In this document: in pieces, positions 31,764-33,592 of the stretch
Layout: each line of letters opens with the position of its first letter
How positions within the stretch are numbered: position 1 is the stretch's first letter
NCBI GenBank assembly: GCA_036444955.1
Contig: JAZFQE010000149.1
Location: forward strand, 1-33,592
From: Gemmatimonadales bacterium
GTDB taxonomy: Bacteria; Gemmatimonadota; Gemmatimonadetes; Gemmatimonadales; GWC2-71-9
Direction of reading: 5' to 3'
Length of the DNA: 33,592 nt
Notes under the pieces: model-generated
Seen by the model: only the letters and a program-made list of their open reading frames with translations
Databases searched by the model: none
Told to the model about the DNA's origin: nothing
Program-made: the position numbers and the translations under genes

Positions 31764-32927
31764 TCAGTCCGTTCCCCGCACCGCGCCCAGGATTGCTTTT
31801 TCCCCTATTGCCTTCCTCTGCCAGTTCCTTAGCTCGTTCACGCCCTTGAGGCCAACCGTGTCCGTGGGGGCGGCCCGAGCAAGCGCCTGAATGGTGCCGT
31901 TCGGGCACAGAACCCCAGCTGGCAGACTCAGGCTTTTCGCTCTTTCATCCCGCAGCTGTTTGAGGCGCTCGACACGCCTGTCAAACACCGGATCTGACTT
32001 CGGTCGCGGTGTGCGGACGGCTCTCGGTAGTACGAAATGTGACGCTTTCGAGCCTTTGGTCACCGCCCCCAGGATCTCTCTGCCGCTCCTGGCAACTACT
32101 CTGGCGGGCACGCCGGCTTGCTCGAGTTGCTCGAGATCTCGCGGGATAACTCGAGCGACGGATATGAGCATTTGGTCGCCGAGAACCCTGAATGGGGCAG
32201 CGTCACGCGCTCGCGCAACGACGTCCCGCCACTCGTGAACCGCCTGAAGTACTGCTAGAGATCGTTTCTCTAACGACTTGGCATGCTTGACCTTGAGAAA
32301 CGCCGGTAAGTCTGAGTTCGAGGGCTCCCAACGAACTGACTCGAGGCGCCGAAACTCGTCCAGTGCCCAAGAGAGGCGGCCAGCGTCCTTTAGTTGGGCC
32401 GCAAGGCGATCGCGCAGCGGCAGCAGGTGCTGGGTGTCGGCGGCTGCGTATGCGAGCATTTGGGCCGGCAATGGCCGCGCGGACCAGTCGGCTCGTTGGA
32501 ACTTCTTGTCGAGACGAACCCCGAAATGCTTTTCGAGAAGCGAACCGAGGCCGACTCGCGGTTCGCCTGCCAATTCGGCCGCGATGCGTGTGTCGAAAAT
32601 GTTGCGAGCTGTGAACCCGTAGTCGCGATTTATGTTTCTTAGATCGAAATCGGCATCGTGAAAAACGATCTCGACACCAGGATCGTCGAGAATCCGCCCG
32701 ATGACGGAGAGATCAGGCAGTTGCAGTGGATCTAGCACCCACGTCTCGACATCGGAGCTTGCCTGGATCAGGAACACTCGGTCAAAGTAGCGGTGGAAGG
32801 AGGCTGCCTCCGTATCCAGCGCCAGACGTCGAGCCTCCAGTATACGTGGCACTATCCGGCCGAAAGCCGTTGCGTCGCGAACGAGCGTTACCTTCTTTGA
32901 GCGTTGTCTCTTCGTATGCATATGCAA
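31764..32927 (-). CDS. rnd: Ribonuclease D (DEDD 3'-5' exonuclease plus HRDC domain)
   Basis: 387 aa. It has ExoI LALDTEAAS, ExoII (VFHDADFDLRN), ExoIII (YAAADTQHL) and a C-terminal HRDC-like segment. Confidence 0.8.
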   Translation of the reverse strand: MHMHTKRQRSKKVTLVRDATAFGRIVPRILEARRLALDTEAASFHRYFDRVFLIQASSDVETWVLDPLQLPDLSVIGRILDDPGVEIVFHDADFDLRNINRDYGFTARNIFDTRIAAELAGEPRVGLGSLLEKHFGVRLDKKFQRADWSARPLPAQMLAYAAADTQHLLPLRDRLAAQLKDAGRLSWALDEFRRLESVRWEPSNSDLPAFLKVKHAKSLEKRSLAVLQAVHEWRDVVARARDAAPFRVLGDQMLISVARVIPRDLEQLEQAGVPARVVARSGREILGAVTKGSKASHFVLPRAVRTPRPKSDPVFDRRVERLKQLRDERAKSLSLPAGVLCPNGTIQALARAAPTDTVGLKGVNELRNWQRKAIGEKAILGAVRGTD

Positions 32928-33068
32928 TTAAAAGATTGCTGGGAAAGGCCTTTGGCGCGACCCCTTGGGGGATGAAATCTGGAAGTTTTCTACAACTGGC
33001 ATGAGTCTGTGGAAAATGCGGCTAAGTCGTGATAAAACAGATAGTTAGAATATTGCCTATAGGCTTGT

Positions 33069-33592
33069 ATGTGGAATGTGTACAGTCGGTGGCGCGATGG
33101 TGTGAAAGGTGAACGTTCTCGTCGCTTGATCCTGGGGTTACGGGGGATCTCTACTGCTGTGGACATCCAGGGTGACGGCCCGGCTATACTGTTCGTCCAC
33201 GGTTTTCCCATGGATCGCACCCTGTGGCACCACCAGATGGCCGCGATGCGGGGATGGCGCCGGATTGCCCCCGACCTGCGCGGGATGGGACTGACGGAGG
33301 TTGCGGATCGGTATAGCATGGCGGAGTACGCGGACGACATGGCTTCGCTAATGGACGTCCTGGGAGCTTCGCAGGCTATTGTCTGTGGCCTCTCCATGGG
33401 GGGCTACATCGCTTTCGAGATATTGCGCCGACACCGGAAGCGTGTTCGGGCGTTGATCCTTTCGAACACACGCGCCGGAGCCGACAGTGGGGAAGGCCGC
33501 GCGAATCGCGACGCCATGATCGACACGGTCAAGGTCGACGGACCTGCAGCCGTTGCAGAGATTCTGGTCCCGAAGCTTCTGGGTCCCAGCTC
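33069..33592 (+). CDS. Alpha/beta hydrolase fold protein, 3' truncated by the window edge
   Basis: The frame is open from 33063 to the window end, so it is not in the ORF track. It has ILFVHGFPMDRTLW (oxyanion HG) and the nucleophile elbow GLSMGG. Start candidates are ATG 33069, GTG 33102 and TTG 33126. Confidence 0.7.
   Translation, partial: MWNVYSRWRDGVKGERSRRLILGLRGISTAVDIQGDGPAILFVHGFPMDRTLWHHQMAAMRGWRRIAPDLRGMGLTEVADRYSMAEYADDMASLMDVLGASQAIVCGLSMGGYIAFEILRRHRKRVRALILSNTRAGADSGEGRANRDAMIDTVKVDGPAAVAEILVPKLLGPS

Noticed and set aside
33008-33016. A second TTTTCCACA-type DnaA-box match (TGTGGAAAA) in the AT-rich rnd / alpha-beta-hydrolase divergent region, which could hint at another DnaA-binding locus or an alternative origin.
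   Set aside because: About 2 matches to the relaxed consensus are expected by chance in this window. This is a single copy with no clustering, in a region better explained as a divergent promoter.
32990-33397. A 135-aa minus-strand ORF near the right edge of the window.
   Set aside because: The plus strand here encodes a well-formed alpha/beta hydrolase (HG oxyanion motif, GLSMGG nucleophile elbow). That gene is missing from the track only because it runs off the window, so the minus-strand ORF is its antisense shadow.
1-33592. A search by eye for CRISPR arrays, IS elements or inverted terminal repeats, integrases, tRNA genes, prophage genes or defence genes (restriction, Abi, toxin-antitoxin, retron and similar).
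   Set aside because: I found no regularly spaced repeats, transposase or integrase-like ORFs, or tRNA-like cloverleaf candidates in the intergenic regions. The gene content is housekeeping or envelope-related. Absence judged by eye is not proof, so tRNAscan, cmsearch and defence-system HMM scans should confirm it.

Overview
This window is the chromosomal replication-origin neighbourhood of a moderately high-GC bacterium. The GWxTD paralogs and the scarcity of Shine-Dalgarno sites hint at a Gemmatimonadota/FCB-like lineage, but that is inference only.

Landmark genes: rpmH-rnpA-yidD-yidC-mnmE lie on the minus strand (7201-10979) and diverge from dnaA-dnaN on the plus strand (11155-13878).

Left arm (1-7194), all plus strand and tightly packed: mutS 3' end, TonB-C lipoprotein, cystathionine beta-synthase, queD, ddl, rhomboid protease, a TPR/GWxTD-like protein and a DUF2268-like HExxH protein.

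Right arm, in order:
- a beta-barrel-like ORF and a small Trp-rich ORF
- RNase P RNA (rnpB, minus strand), which is absent from the ORF track and masked by three spurious ORFs
- an AraC-type regulator with a degenerate receiver-like N-terminus, pyrE and a Ser/Thr kinase
- a GWxTD-lipoprotein / Slt / polyprenol-kinase-like operon
- cspA, polA, an orphan type IV pilin and a DUF4031-like ORF
- an MMPL transporter, matrixin, M28 peptidase and serine hydrolase
- SufT/DUF59, RNase D and a 3'-truncated alpha/beta hydrolase

rpmH (53 aa) is also missing from the ORF track and was found by hand. I saw no rRNA, tRNA, CRISPR array, transposase, integrase or recognisable defence or toxin-antitoxin genes.

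I cannot point to a clear-cut new multi-gene system. The observations most worth following up are:
1. A candidate oriC in the dnaA-dnaN spacer, built from non-canonical GTTGGTA-type boxes, a TAG-periodic tract and an AT-rich block.
2. rnpA lacking any canonical start codon, with a C-TGA overlap onto rpmH.
3. An in-frame 87-bp tandem duplication in polA.
4. Two paralogs of the uncharacterised GWxTD family, each embedded in a cell-envelope/peptidoglycan gene context.
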